Source of the DNA: Anaerolineae bacterium
Lineage (GTDB): Bacteria; Chloroflexota; Anaerolineae; B4-G1; DUEL01
Direction of reading: 5' to 3'
Assembly: GCA_041082215.1 (NCBI GenBank)
Contig: JBDOIF010000093.1
Coordinates: 120,209-140,208, forward strand
DNA: 20,000 bases
A program made the position numbers and the translations under genes. This document shows, piece after piece, positions 1 to 7,795 of this stretch. The notes below the pieces were generated by a model. It had not been told where the DNA came from. It searched no databases and saw only the letters and a list, made by a program, of their open reading frames with translations. Each line of letters opens with the position of its first letter. The first letter of the stretch is position 1.

Positions 1-1130
1 ACCCACTCGAAGTAACTGACCACCACCCCTCCGGCGTTGGCCAGGATGTCGGGCACCACGACGATGCCCCGGTCCTGCAGGATGTCGTCGGCCTCGCGGG
101 TGGTAGGGCCGTTGGCGCCCTCGACGATCATCCGCGCCCGGATGTGCGGGGCATTGTCGGCGCGGATCTGGTGTTCCAGCGCCGCCGGTATCAGCACATC
201 AACGTCGCTGACCAGCAGTTCGTCATTGGTAATGTAGTCCACTCCGGGCGCCTGATACCCCTCAAGCAGGTGTCGGGGATGGTTGGCCACATGCTGGTTG
301 ATGCCGGGTATGTCCAGGCCAGCCGGGTTGTACAGCCCGCCGCTGACGTCGCTCACAGCCACGATCTTACAGCCCATCTGATGCAGGAAGGTCGCCGCAA
401 AGGAGCCGACATTGCCGTACCCCTGCACGGCTACGGTCGTGTCGGCAAGCCTGCGGCGCTTCCGCTTGAGCAGTTCGGCGGTAACGATCGCCACGCCGCG
501 GCCGGTCGCTTCCTTCCGGCCGAGCGAGCCTCCCAGCGGGATCGGCTTGCCGGTGACGATCTCCATGACCGCCTTGCCCTCCAGCATGGTGACCGTATCG
601 GCGATCCAGGCCATCACCTGCGGGTTGGTGTTGACATCGGGCGCGGGGATATCCCGCCGGGGGCCCAGGATGGGCAGGATGGCAGCGGTGAACCGCCGTG
701 TCAGACGGCACAGCTCATCTTCGGATAACCCGCTCGGATCGCACTCCACCCCACCCTTGGCCCCGCCGTAGGGGATCCCCACCACAGCGCACTTCCAGGT
801 CATCAACGCTGCCAGCGCCCGGACCTCGTTGAGGTTCACTTCGGGATGGTAGCGGATTCCCCCCTTGCACGGGCCTCGGGCGCTGGAATGCTGAACCCGG
901 TAGCCGGTAAACACCTCGATGTGGCCATCATCCATCACCACAGGGATAGAAACGGTCAGCTCTCGCTCCGGCCGGCGCAGGATCATGTGGATGCCCGGGT
1001 CCAGATTCAGCCTCTGGGCCACATCATCCAGCTGGGATAACACCGTGTCCCACAGGTCCTGCTTTGGAGTTTGAAGGAGGGTCAGCCCAGAAGGCGTCGC
1101 TACAGGCAGTTGCTCCAGACGGTGTTCCAT
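1..1130 (-). CDS. gdhA: Glu/Leu/Phe/Val dehydrogenase (glutamate dehydrogenase), 3' end beyond window
   Basis: Not in the ORF track because it runs off the edge. Manual translation is open: MEHRLEQ...FTGYRVQHSSARGPCKGGIRYHP...MTWKCAVVGIPYGGAKGGV...DIPAPDVNT...VTGKP..LGGSLGRKEATGRG...VQGYGNVG...EGANGPTT...PDILANAGGVVVSYFEW. GGAGGG RBS precedes ATG 1130; an alternative in-frame ATG at 1145 overlaps the upstream TAA (TAATG). Confidence 0.96.
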   Translation of the reverse strand, partial: MEHRLEQLPVATPSGLTLLQTPKQDLWDTVLSQLDDVAQRLNLDPGIHMILRRPERELTVSIPVVMDDGHIEVFTGYRVQHSSARGPCKGGIRYHPEVNLNEVRALAALMTWKCAVVGIPYGGAKGGVECDPSGLSEDELCRLTRRFTAAILPILGPRRDIPAPDVNTNPQVMAWIADTVTMLEGKAVMEIVTGKPIPLGGSLGRKEATGRGVAIVTAELLKRKRRRLADTTVAVQGYGNVGSFAATFLHQMGCKIVAVSDVSGGLYNPAGLDIPGINQHVANHPRHLLEGYQAPGVDYITNDELLVSDVDVLIPAALEHQIRADNAPHIRARMIVEGANGPTTREADDILQDRGIVVVPDILANAGGVVVSYFEW

Positions 1131-1144
1131 AGCCGCTCCCTCCA

Positions 1145-1693
1145 TTACGCCCGCTTCCAGACCTCGATGGGTCGGTGGTGGAGCGAGGAGAGCAGAGCTC
1201 CGAAGCCGGTGCGGGTCTCCACTTCCACATCCTCTACCACCTGGCAGTCCAGTGCATGCGAGAACTGCGAGCGGTCCACCAGGTCGCCCAGCATCTCAGC
1301 CAGCGCCCGGTCCAACCCTGCCAGCAGAGAGTCCAGGGCGGCGGTCTTCTGCCGAGCCCAGACGATCAGGTGGGTCAGAGGCACTTTCCTGGCCGCGCCC
1401 AGGCAGGCATCCTCCGGGGTAGCCTCGTCGTCGTAGAGGTAGACCGCCCTGATCCCCTCATCCAGTTCCCCCAGGCACCCGGCTACCTCCCTGGCCAGCC
1501 CGTACTGGAAATAGCCACAGGCGTGGCTATCGCCCCGTCGCAGGCAGTCCGCCGCAGCCTCAGGGCTGCCCAGCGCCATCTTCTGCGCGCAGAACTCCAG
1601 CGCCCGGCTGAGGGCAACCTCAGCAACCTCCGCTACTTCGGAAGAAGGGGTCTGCAGCGCCAGCTTCACATTGCTGCTTGTTTCAGTCGTCAT
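1145..1693 (-). CDS. hypothetical protein (182 aa), possible degenerate nucleotidyltransferase-like fold
   Basis: Strong RBS (AAGGGAGG) before ATG, GC3-rich codons, stop abuts gdhA. The segment IRAVYLYDDEAT...LTHLIVWA loosely echoes the minimal-NTase strand pattern without its GS/DxD residues. Confidence 0.8.
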   Translation of the reverse strand: MTTETSSNVKLALQTPSSEVAEVAEVALSRALEFCAQKMALGSPEAAADCLRRGDSHACGYFQYGLAREVAGCLGELDEGIRAVYLYDDEATPEDACLGAARKVPLTHLIVWARQKTAALDSLLAGLDRALAEMLGDLVDRSQFSHALDCQVVEDVEVETRTGFGALLSSLHHRPIEVWKRA

Positions 1694-1752
1694 CTCTACC
1701 TCCCTTATCAGAGATTCTCAGCATCCCATTGCACCATCTCAACTCTGCTCAT

Positions 1753-1820
1753 ATCATAGCATGGGAGGGATGAGAAAGTCATAAAAAGCGCCTCCGTCCT
1801 CCTGAAAAATGCATGAAAAA
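1753..1820 (-). promoter_or_regulatory. promoter for hypothetical-gdhA with extended -10 and tandem 11-bp-period direct repeats
   Basis: Minus strand TGCTATGAT (1753-1761) and weak -35 ATGACT (1777-1782). Plus-strand ATGAGAAA/ATAAAAAG/CTGAAAAA/ATGAAAAA start at 1770, 1781, 1802 and 1813. Confidence 0.6.
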
Positions 1821-1873
1821 ACGGCGACCCCTGCCTCAACGGGGCCGCCGTCTGCTCCCGCACATCGGGCGTC

Positions 1874-2587
1874 TCAGCTCTGATCCCCTCCCTCCTCTTC
1901 CGGGCAGGCCAGCATGTATCCGACCCCAGGGCAGGTGAGGATCAGGCGCGGATGAGAGGGATCCTCTTCCAGCTTGCGGCGCAGGTAGCGGATGTAGGCC
2001 CGCAGGTAGTCCACATCGTCCCGATACTCGGACCCCCACACGGCGGTCAGCAGTTCCTCATGCAGGACGACGCAGTTGGCATGGAGGGCCAGATATCGCA
2101 ACAGGGCATATTCTGTACGGGTAAGGGAGACCCGCTCGCCGCGCACCCGGACAGTGCGTCGAGCAAAATCTATTTCCAGGTCCCCACAGGTCAGGTGGGT
2201 TGGCCGCAACTCCTCGGGCCGCTGCGCCCTCCTCAACACAGCTCCTACCCGGGCCACCAGCTCCCTGGCGCTGAAGGGCTTTGTCAGGTAATCATCAGCC
2301 CCCACATCAAAACCGCGCAGGATGTCGCTTTCCTGAGCCTTAGCGGTGAGCATGATCACGGGGACATCCGAGAACTCCCGGATACGCGAGCAGACCTCGT
2401 ACCCATCGGGGCCGTGCGGAAGCAGGACATCCAGCAGGACCAGGTCGGGTTGCTCCAGGGCGACCATCTCAAGGGCCGATTCGCCGTTGACCGCCGCGAC
2501 TACCTGGTAGCCGATTGCCCTGAGCACCTCGCTCACCAGCCGAACCACCCGTGGTTCGTCATCAACGACCAGAATCTTCTCGGCCAT
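1874..2587 (-). CDS. OmpR/PhoB-family response regulator (receiver + winged helix)
   Basis: KILVVDDE, LVLLDVLLP (phospho-Asp), MLTAK, GADDYLTKPF, LTRTEYALL, YIRYLRRKLE, GVGY. Confidence 0.97.
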   Translation of the reverse strand: MAEKILVVDDEPRVVRLVSEVLRAIGYQVVAAVNGESALEMVALEQPDLVLLDVLLPHGPDGYEVCSRIREFSDVPVIMLTAKAQESDILRGFDVGADDYLTKPFSARELVARVGAVLRRAQRPEELRPTHLTCGDLEIDFARRTVRVRGERVSLTRTEYALLRYLALHANCVVLHEELLTAVWGSEYRDDVDYLRAYIRYLRRKLEEDPSHPRLILTCPGVGYMLACPEEEGGDQS

Positions 2588-2601
2588 GCTGCTGTCCCTC
2601 C

Positions 2602-3879
2602 TTACTCATCGGTCCTATCCCAATCGGGCCGGGTCAGGGGAAGGGTGAAGTAGAAAGTGCTCCCCTGTCCCACCTGGCTCTCGGCCCAGATCTGACCGCC
2701 GTGGCTTTCCACAATGGTGCGGGCGATGGGCAGCCCCAGCCCTGAGCCGACCACATGGCGGCCCAGGCCCGACTTGATGCGGAAGAACTTTTCAAACAGG
2801 CGGTTCAGGTGCTCCGGAGCGATACCGACCCCCTGGTCGGCCACGCTGATGACCACGTGGTCCGGACGGACCTCGCCCCGCACCACCACCAGCCCTCCAT
2901 CGGGGGAGTACTTGACTGCGTTGTCCAGCAGATTGCGCAGAACCTGCATAATCCGGTCCGGATCAGCCTCCACCAGAGGAAAATCCTCCGGAAAGTCCAC
3001 CACCAGCCGGTGTTGACGGCTGCGGCGGGCTATGTCGTCCACCACAACTCTGACCAGACGGGGGAGCATCACCGGCTGGACCTCCAGTTTGAGGAAGCCA
3101 GCATCAATGATGGACGACTCCAGCAGATCGTGAATGAGGTCCTGGAGGACATCGCACTCTTCGTCAATGATCTCCAGGAACTCCCGCTGTGTCTCAGGGC
3201 TGAAAGAGGCCTCTTCCATCAACAAGGCGGTAGAGTAGCCTTTGATGGAGGTCAGTGGAGTTCGCATCTCGTGGGCCAGGGTGGAGATCAGTTCCGCCTT
3301 GAGGCGGTTGGCTTCGCTGAGGGCCTGGGCAGCCTGCAGCTCCTCCCTCAGATGGAAGTTCTCGATGGAAAGGGCTATCAGGTCGGCAACGTGCTGAAAG
3401 AAGGTCAGCTCCGATGGCCCAAAGGCATGCGGCTTTCTTCGGTTTTCCAGGATCAGCACCCCTACCCTGGCCTGACCGGTGATAAGTGGCAAAGAGATGG
3501 CGCTTTGGGCCTGATCCAGGCCCAGGGCCGCCCTGGCGAACCATTCGCGGTTTTCCGGGCTCATATCCTCCCGTGCAGCCGCGACGGCTTCGGGAGTGGA
3601 ATATACCTGCGCCTGGCCGCTCTCAAAGGCCTTCCCGCTGACGGCCTCGCCGGGCATAAGACGGATGTGCCGCAGGGAGGAGAAATCATACCCCTGCGCC
3701 GCTTTAACCGCCAGCCGGCCGTCTAACGGATCGTAGATCAGCAGGACACCGGCATCCGTTACCTCCAGCTTTTCAACCAGGCAACGGAGCAGCCCCTGCA
3801 TCATCCTGTCCAGGTCCCGCTCCGTGGCCACGATCTTGGCGATCTCCAGGATCGTCAGCAGTTGTTGCTCTTTATCCAT
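2602..3879 (-). CDS. cytoplasmic GAF-domain sensor histidine kinase
   Basis: N-terminal GAF (SAISLPL...VGVLILEN...F), H-box LAHEMRTPLTSI, N-box NLLDNAVKYS, G1 DQGVGI, F-box LFEKFFR, G2 GSGLGL; no TM segment. Start placed at MDKEQ (ATG 3879), overlapping the ccmD stop; the ORF track start is 3897. Confidence 0.95.
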   Translation of the reverse strand: MDKEQQLLTILEIAKIVATERDLDRMMQGLLRCLVEKLEVTDAGVLLIYDPLDGRLAVKAAQGYDFSSLRHIRLMPGEAVSGKAFESGQAQVYSTPEAVAAAREDMSPENREWFARAALGLDQAQSAISLPLITGQARVGVLILENRRKPHAFGPSELTFFQHVADLIALSIENFHLREELQAAQALSEANRLKAELISTLAHEMRTPLTSIKGYSTALLMEEASFSPETQREFLEIIDEECDVLQDLIHDLLESSIIDAGFLKLEVQPVMLPRLVRVVVDDIARRSRQHRLVVDFPEDFPLVEADPDRIMQVLRNLLDNAVKYSPDGGLVVVRGEVRPDHVVISVADQGVGIAPEHLNRLFEKFFRIKSGLGRHVVGSGLGLPIARTIVESHGGQIWAESQVGQGSTFYFTLPLTRPDWDRTDE

Positions 3880-4027
3880 CACCGCCCTCTGCATCATCCT
3901 TCTTCAGCCTGGCCTCCAGTCTGGCGATCTCTTGCTCTATCCGCCGCTGTCGGGCCCAGATAGAGAGGACCAGGACAAAGGTCAACCCCCAGAAGACACC
4001 ATAAGCCGCCACCAGATAAACCGGCAT
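3872..4027 (-). CDS. ccmD: heme exporter protein D (CcmD), 51 aa
   Basis: Below the ORF-track cutoff. AGGAGGT RBS then MPVYLVAAYGVFWGLTFVLVLSIWARQRRIEQEIARLEARLKKDDAEGGDG: Y..AAY TM helix plus charged helix, directly after ccmC. Confidence 0.9.
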   Translation of the reverse strand: MPVYLVAAYGVFWGLTFVLVLSIWARQRRIEQEIARLEARLKKDDAEGGDG

Positions 4028-4045
4028 CTCCCCACCTCCTTACGT

Positions 4046-4081
4046 CCCTAATCACCCAATCGCCCAGTCACCCAATCACCC
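4046..4081. repeat. short tandem octamer repeat (GGTGAYTG-like x4 on minus strand) between ccmC and ccmD
   Basis: Minus strand GGTGATTG GGTGACTG GGCGATTG GGTGATTA; the first copy contains the ccmC TGA stop. Confidence 0.8.
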
Positions 4082-4765
4082 ACCGCGCATCACCCCAACC
4101 CGCAGCCGCTCCAGCGCGTCGGCGGCCCGCTCCAGGCGCATGCGCTGCCGCAGCAGGGTAACATAGAGCAGGGTAAAGGCCGCCAGAGAGACCAGAAGCG
4201 CGTGCACCATCCGGGGCGTGATGGCCATCCCCTCCCCGCCGGTCAGAATATCCGGGTGGATCGTCCGCCACCAGCGGATGGCGAACCATGAGAGGGGCAC
4301 AGTGACGAAGGCAGCCGCACCGTACACAGCCGCGAAACGGGCCTTCCGCTCCGGCCCCTCGATGGAGGCCCGCAGCATCAAATAGGCGATGTAGATCAGG
4401 AGCTGAACCGCCGAGATGGTCAGCCGCGGCTCCCAGGTCCAGTAGGTCCCCCAAACTGGCCGGGCCCACAGGGAGCCGGTGACGACGGTCATCGTGATGA
4501 AGGTCAGCCCCACTTCCACCGAAGAGACCGCCAGGATGTCCCATCGCCGCCCCCCACGCGCCAGGTAGGCCACGCCGGCCAGGAAGGTGACGAAGAAAGC
4601 GAAGAAGCCCACCCAGGCCGAGGAGACGTGAAAGTAGAAGATGCGCTGCACATCCCCCATCGTTGCCTCGCGTGGGGCGTAGAGGAAGACCATCCCCAAC
4701 GCTGCCAGCACCGTCAAACTGCTGATGCCGACCAGGAGCAGTCCGGTCACATCTTTGTCCTTCAT
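4076..4765 (-). CDS. ccmC: heme exporter protein C (CcmC)
   Basis: FYFHVSSAW, WWD domain GSLWARPVWGTYWTWEPRLT, and RTIHP. Start set at MKDKD (RBS AAAGGGG); the longer ORF-track N-terminus is translated heptamer repeat. Confidence 0.96.
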   Translation of the reverse strand: MKDKDVTGLLLVGISSLTVLAALGMVFLYAPREATMGDVQRIFYFHVSSAWVGFFAFFVTFLAGVAYLARGGRRWDILAVSSVEVGLTFITMTVVTGSLWARPVWGTYWTWEPRLTISAVQLLIYIAYLMLRASIEGPERKARFAAVYGAAAFVTVPLSWFAIRWWRTIHPDILTGGEGMAITPRMVHALLVSLAAFTLLYVTLLRQRMRLERAADALERLRVGVMRGG

Positions 4766-4788
4766 AACCCCTTTATCCCCCGATTCCA

Positions 4789-4823
4789 CATTTGACGTTT
4801 GACGCCTGACGTTTGACGTCTCA
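4789..4823. repeat. short tandem heptamer repeat (TTTGACG x4) between ccmB and ccmC
   Basis: TTTGACG TTTGACG CCTGACG TTTGACG at 4791-4818, adjacent to the ccmB stop. Confidence 0.85.
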
Positions 4824-5519
4824 CTCCTCCACCACATACCCAAACGTCAGCATCGAAACCGCCAGGATGAGCAGGTCGTAGACCACCAGCAGGCGGACCC
4901 ATCCGCCGACGTCGGCCAGTGTGCTCCCTTCCAGAAGCTCACCCGTCGCCTGCACCGCAGCGATCAGGGCCGGGAAGGCCAGCGGCAACAGCAGGACGGG
5001 CAGCATCACCTCCCGCGCCCGGGTGTTGACCGCGATGGCTGCCAGCAGCGTCCCTGCAGCGGCATACCCCACCGTCCCCAGCGCCGTCACCGCAAGCACC
5101 TCAGGTTGCAGGAGCGGCACGTCGAACAGGGCGGAGAAGAGGGGCAACAGGGCCACCTCTATCACCACCATGAAGATCAGATTCCCCAGCGCCTTTCCAA
5201 AGAAAATAGCGCTCCGGTCCACCGGCGCCAGCAGCAGCCCGTCTATGCAACCGGTCTGTTGTTCCCGGGCCAGCGACCGGCTCAGCCCCAGTATGCCGGC
5301 AAAGGCGGCCGTGGCCCAGAGCACCCCCGGCGCCGCCGCCCGCGCCATCGCCCCCCGCAGGTCCAGGGCGAAGCTGAAGACGAACAGCGCCAGCAGGGAA
5401 AAGACCAGCATCGCACTGAGGATCTCCCGCGTGTGGAGCTCCGCAGCGACGTCTTTGGCGACGATAGCGAACACCTTACGGATAAATCTCAAGCCTCCTG
5501 CTCCCGTCAGGCCCCTCAC
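4821..5519 (-). CDS. ccmB: heme exporter protein B (CcmB)
   Basis: Multi-TM protein, LSRSLAREQQTGCIDGLLLAP, LLPVLLLPL..P-type motif (MLPVLLLPLAFP); GTG overlaps the ccmA stop (GTGA). An alternative TTG start lies at 5492. Confidence 0.94.
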   Translation of the reverse strand: MRGLTGAGGLRFIRKVFAIVAKDVAAELHTREILSAMLVFSLLALFVFSFALDLRGAMARAAAPGVLWATAAFAGILGLSRSLAREQQTGCIDGLLLAPVDRSAIFFGKALGNLIFMVVIEVALLPLFSALFDVPLLQPEVLAVTALGTVGYAAAGTLLAAIAVNTRAREVMLPVLLLPLAFPALIAAVQATGELLEGSTLADVGGWVRLLVVYDLLILAVSMLTFGYVVEE

Positions 5520-6211
5520 CCGGTAAGCCTGTGATACATCTCAACAAACCCCTCCGCCCCTATTGCCTCCCGGCGCTCGTCGTACACGACCCGGCCGCGA
5601 GCAAGCACCACCACCCGCTGCCCCACCGCCAGCCCCTGATCCAGGTCGTGGGTGGTGAGGAGGATGGTACAGCCCTCCCCCGCCAGGCCGGTCAGCAGGT
5701 CGGTGAGCGATCGGGACGCCTGAGGGTCCAGGCCGGTATACGGCTCATCCAGCAGCAGGAGCGGGGGCCGATGGAGAAGCGCTCGCGCCACTGCCAGCCG
5801 CTGCTGCATCCCCCGGGAGAAGGTGCGCACCAGGTCGTGTCGCCGGTCGGCCAGCCCCACCTGTCCCAGCAGCTCATCCACCCGGGCCGGGCCGTCTTCC
5901 AGATCATACATCCGGGCATAAAAGCGGAGGTTCTGCTCGGCGGTCATGTCCTCGTAGAGAAGGGTGCGGTGGGAAAGAAAACCGATCAGACGGCGGACCT
6001 CCGAACCGGTACGGTTGGGGTCCAGCCCCCCGATGCGCACCGTGCCGGAGGTGGGTCGGGTCAGCGTGGCCAGGATGCGCAGCAGGGTGGTCTTTCCCGC
6101 CCCGTTAGGCCCCACCACCGTCACGCACTCCCCCCGCTCGACGGTCAGATCCACCCCATCCAGGGCAGCGCGGGGGCCGAAGGATTTGATCAGGCCGTGC
6201 GCTTCGATCAT
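5516..6211 (-). CDS. ccmA: heme ABC exporter ATP-binding protein (CcmA)
   Basis: Walker A GPNGAGKTT, signature FSRGMQQR, Walker B LLLLDEP, H-loop TTHD; sits in the ccm operon. Confidence 0.95.
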   Translation of the reverse strand: MIEAHGLIKSFGPRAALDGVDLTVERGECVTVVGPNGAGKTTLLRILATLTRPTSGTVRIGGLDPNRTGSEVRRLIGFLSHRTLLYEDMTAEQNLRFYARMYDLEDGPARVDELLGQVGLADRRHDLVRTFSRGMQQRLAVARALLHRPPLLLLDEPYTGLDPQASRSLTDLLTGLAGEGCTILLTTHDLDQGLAVGQRVVVLARGRVVYDERREAIGAEGFVEMYHRLTG

Positions 6212-7413
6212 CGCTTCCCGTGCTCCAGCAGGTTCCGGGCCTGCCGCTTGAGCTTCTCCCGCTCCATCCGGTACGCCTCCTCCCCTATCTCCCCCGCCTC
6301 GAACCGCTCGTCCAGCGCCGCGATCCGTTCCACCAGAGGGCGGATCCGGGGAGGGATCGGCCCTGGCGAGCCGGGACGCAGGAGCATGTAAGCCCCTACC
6401 GCCGCCACAGCCAGCGCCACCGCCCCTATCGCGTTTTCCCGGGCCACGTCGCGGGTGGGAAGGCCGCCCGTCGGAGCGGATGCGGTCGGTTCCACCGCCG
6501 ACGACGGCGGCGCAGGGACCAGGGTAAAGACCAGCTCTTCCCCCGCTGCCAGTGGCCCGGCGGTGTAGGAGAAGGATGGCCCCATCTGGGTATCTACTGT
6601 CCCCGCAGGGGTCAACTCCGGCCCCTCCAGCGTCAGCTCCCCCTGGGGCATAATCACCACCACGGAGGCCACCGGCACCGGAAAGGCACGCCGGACCTCC
6701 AGCCCTTCCCGATACGGAAGCTCGTAACGGAAGAACACCTCCAGGCTGACCTGGCCGGGCGGAACCGGCCGGGTATCGGCAAAGCCTTCCTCCAGCCCCA
6801 CGAACCGCTCCCCCAGCCCCGGCCCGTCGAAGCTCAGCCCCTCGGCCTCTGCCGGCAGGGTGAACCGGAGCGTAACGCGCGCGCCCGCCTCCGGGCTTTC
6901 GGAACCTATATAGGTCCGGTCGCCCCCATTGCCGATCAGGTAATACTCCCCCACCTGGAGACGGTCCCCCACCCTGCTCATGAAGATGTGGAGTTGAGTG
7001 ACCCGAACCGTGGCCGGGTCCTCTGTGACCTCATAGACGGTAACGGGGAGTTCAAGCTCCTGCTGGCCCGCTTCCAGGACGACGGACTCGGAGAAGTAGC
7101 CCACCCCCCTGTAGGTCACCTCCGCCAGGAAGGTCGCCCCCTCGCCAGCCGAGAGGCCGTCGAAGAGGAAGGAGCCGTCGGCGGCGACAGGGGCAGTCAG
7201 CGTCTCTGCCACTGCCCCTGCGTCGAAGATACGGAGGGTCACTTCCAGCCCCTCGGGGCTTCCTCCCCCCGGCGTGCCGTTGACCACCCGCCCCCGGACC
7301 ACCACTCTCCCCTCCTGGGGGAGCGGGGTCCAGGCAACTATCAGCAGAGCGACGAGGCAGAAAACGAGGAGCGTCCAGCGTGAAACACCGGGTGTGAAAC
7401 CAGCCCTCATCAT
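6208..7413 (-). CDS. membrane-anchored protein with signal/TM, extracytoplasmic beta-sandwich domains, C-terminal TM and cytoplasmic helical tail
   Basis: Start at ATG 7413 (TGATG overlap with the upstream stop), ATGA overlap with ccmA. N-terminal hydrophobic stretch, VRGRVVNGT...DGSFLF (carboxypeptidase-regulatory-like Ig pattern), TM AIGAVALAVAAVGAYMLL, tail LDERFEAGEIGEEAY. The ORF-track extension to 7710 is low-complexity and overlaps another gene. Confidence 0.85.
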   Translation of the reverse strand: MMRAGFTPGVSRWTLLVFCLVALLIVAWTPLPQEGRVVVRGRVVNGTPGGGSPEGLEVTLRIFDAGAVAETLTAPVAADGSFLFDGLSAGEGATFLAEVTYRGVGYFSESVVLEAGQQELELPVTVYEVTEDPATVRVTQLHIFMSRVGDRLQVGEYYLIGNGGDRTYIGSESPEAGARVTLRFTLPAEAEGLSFDGPGLGERFVGLEEGFADTRPVPPGQVSLEVFFRYELPYREGLEVRRAFPVPVASVVVIMPQGELTLEGPELTPAGTVDTQMGPSFSYTAGPLAAGEELVFTLVPAPPSSAVEPTASAPTGGLPTRDVARENAIGAVALAVAAVGAYMLLRPGSPGPIPPRIRPLVERIAALDERFEAGEIGEEAYRMEREKLKRQARNLLEHGKR

Positions 7414-7706
7414 CAGCCTTCCCGCAGCGGCGTGCCGCATCCGGCGCAGAACCGGTCTTCTGGACCGACGCGCCGGCCACACTGGGGGCAAAAATTCACC
7501 GGCCCCCCTGCCCTTCCGCCCCCCTGCTCTCCTGTCTCCTTGCCCCCTTGCCCTGCTGCGGTCCTGCCCTCCCGCCTCCTCACCTGCGCCACCCACCGCT
7601 CGATCGCCCGGTCCGGCTCTATCTGCACCCGGCGGAACGGTCGGGCCAGGTAGGCGCCGACGAGCAGGGCCAGTGCAGCTCCTGCAAGAATTGCCCCGAT
7701 GCTCAT
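7413..7706 (-). CDS. small membrane protein with C-terminal zinc ribbon (97 aa)
   Basis: RBS AAAGGGGGG, MSIGAILAGAALALLVGAYLARPF TM helix, FCPQCG-x7-FCAGCG. Confidence 0.88.
   Translation of the reverse strand: MSIGAILAGAALALLVGAYLARPFRRVQIEPDRAIERWVAQVRRREGRTAAGQGGKETGEQGGGRAGGPVNFCPQCGRRVGPEDRFCAGCGTPLREG
7502..7553. repeat. degenerate octamer tandem repeat inside the Zn-ribbon gene
   Basis: Pyrimidine tract with G exactly every 8 nt (7502, 7510, 7518, 7526, 7534, 7542, 7550), encoding GQGGKETGEQGGGRAGG. Confidence 0.7.
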
Positions 7707-7721
7707 ACACCCCCCTTTAGT

Positions 7722-7795
7722 GGAGACGCGGGGACGCGGGGACACGGAGACACGGAGAACACCCCCTCACCGCGTCTCCCCATCTCTCCATCACC
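7722..7795. repeat. two opposed octamer arrays forming an inverted repeat between ccmF and the Zn-ribbon gene
   Basis: GGAGACGC GGGGACGC...GGAGACAC then CCGCGTCT CCCCATCT CTCCATCA; perfect arms GGAGACGCGG (7722-7731) and CCGCGTCTCC (7770-7779). Confidence 0.8.

Noticed and set aside
144..1040. ORF-track calls in the first kilobase
   Set aside because: Shadow or alternate frames of the edge-truncated gdhA.
7414..7710. N-terminal 99 aa of the 500-aa ORF 6208-7710
   Set aside because: Low-complexity Arg/Gly text overlapping the Zn-ribbon gene; the TGATG-coupled start at 7413 gives a proper signal sequence.
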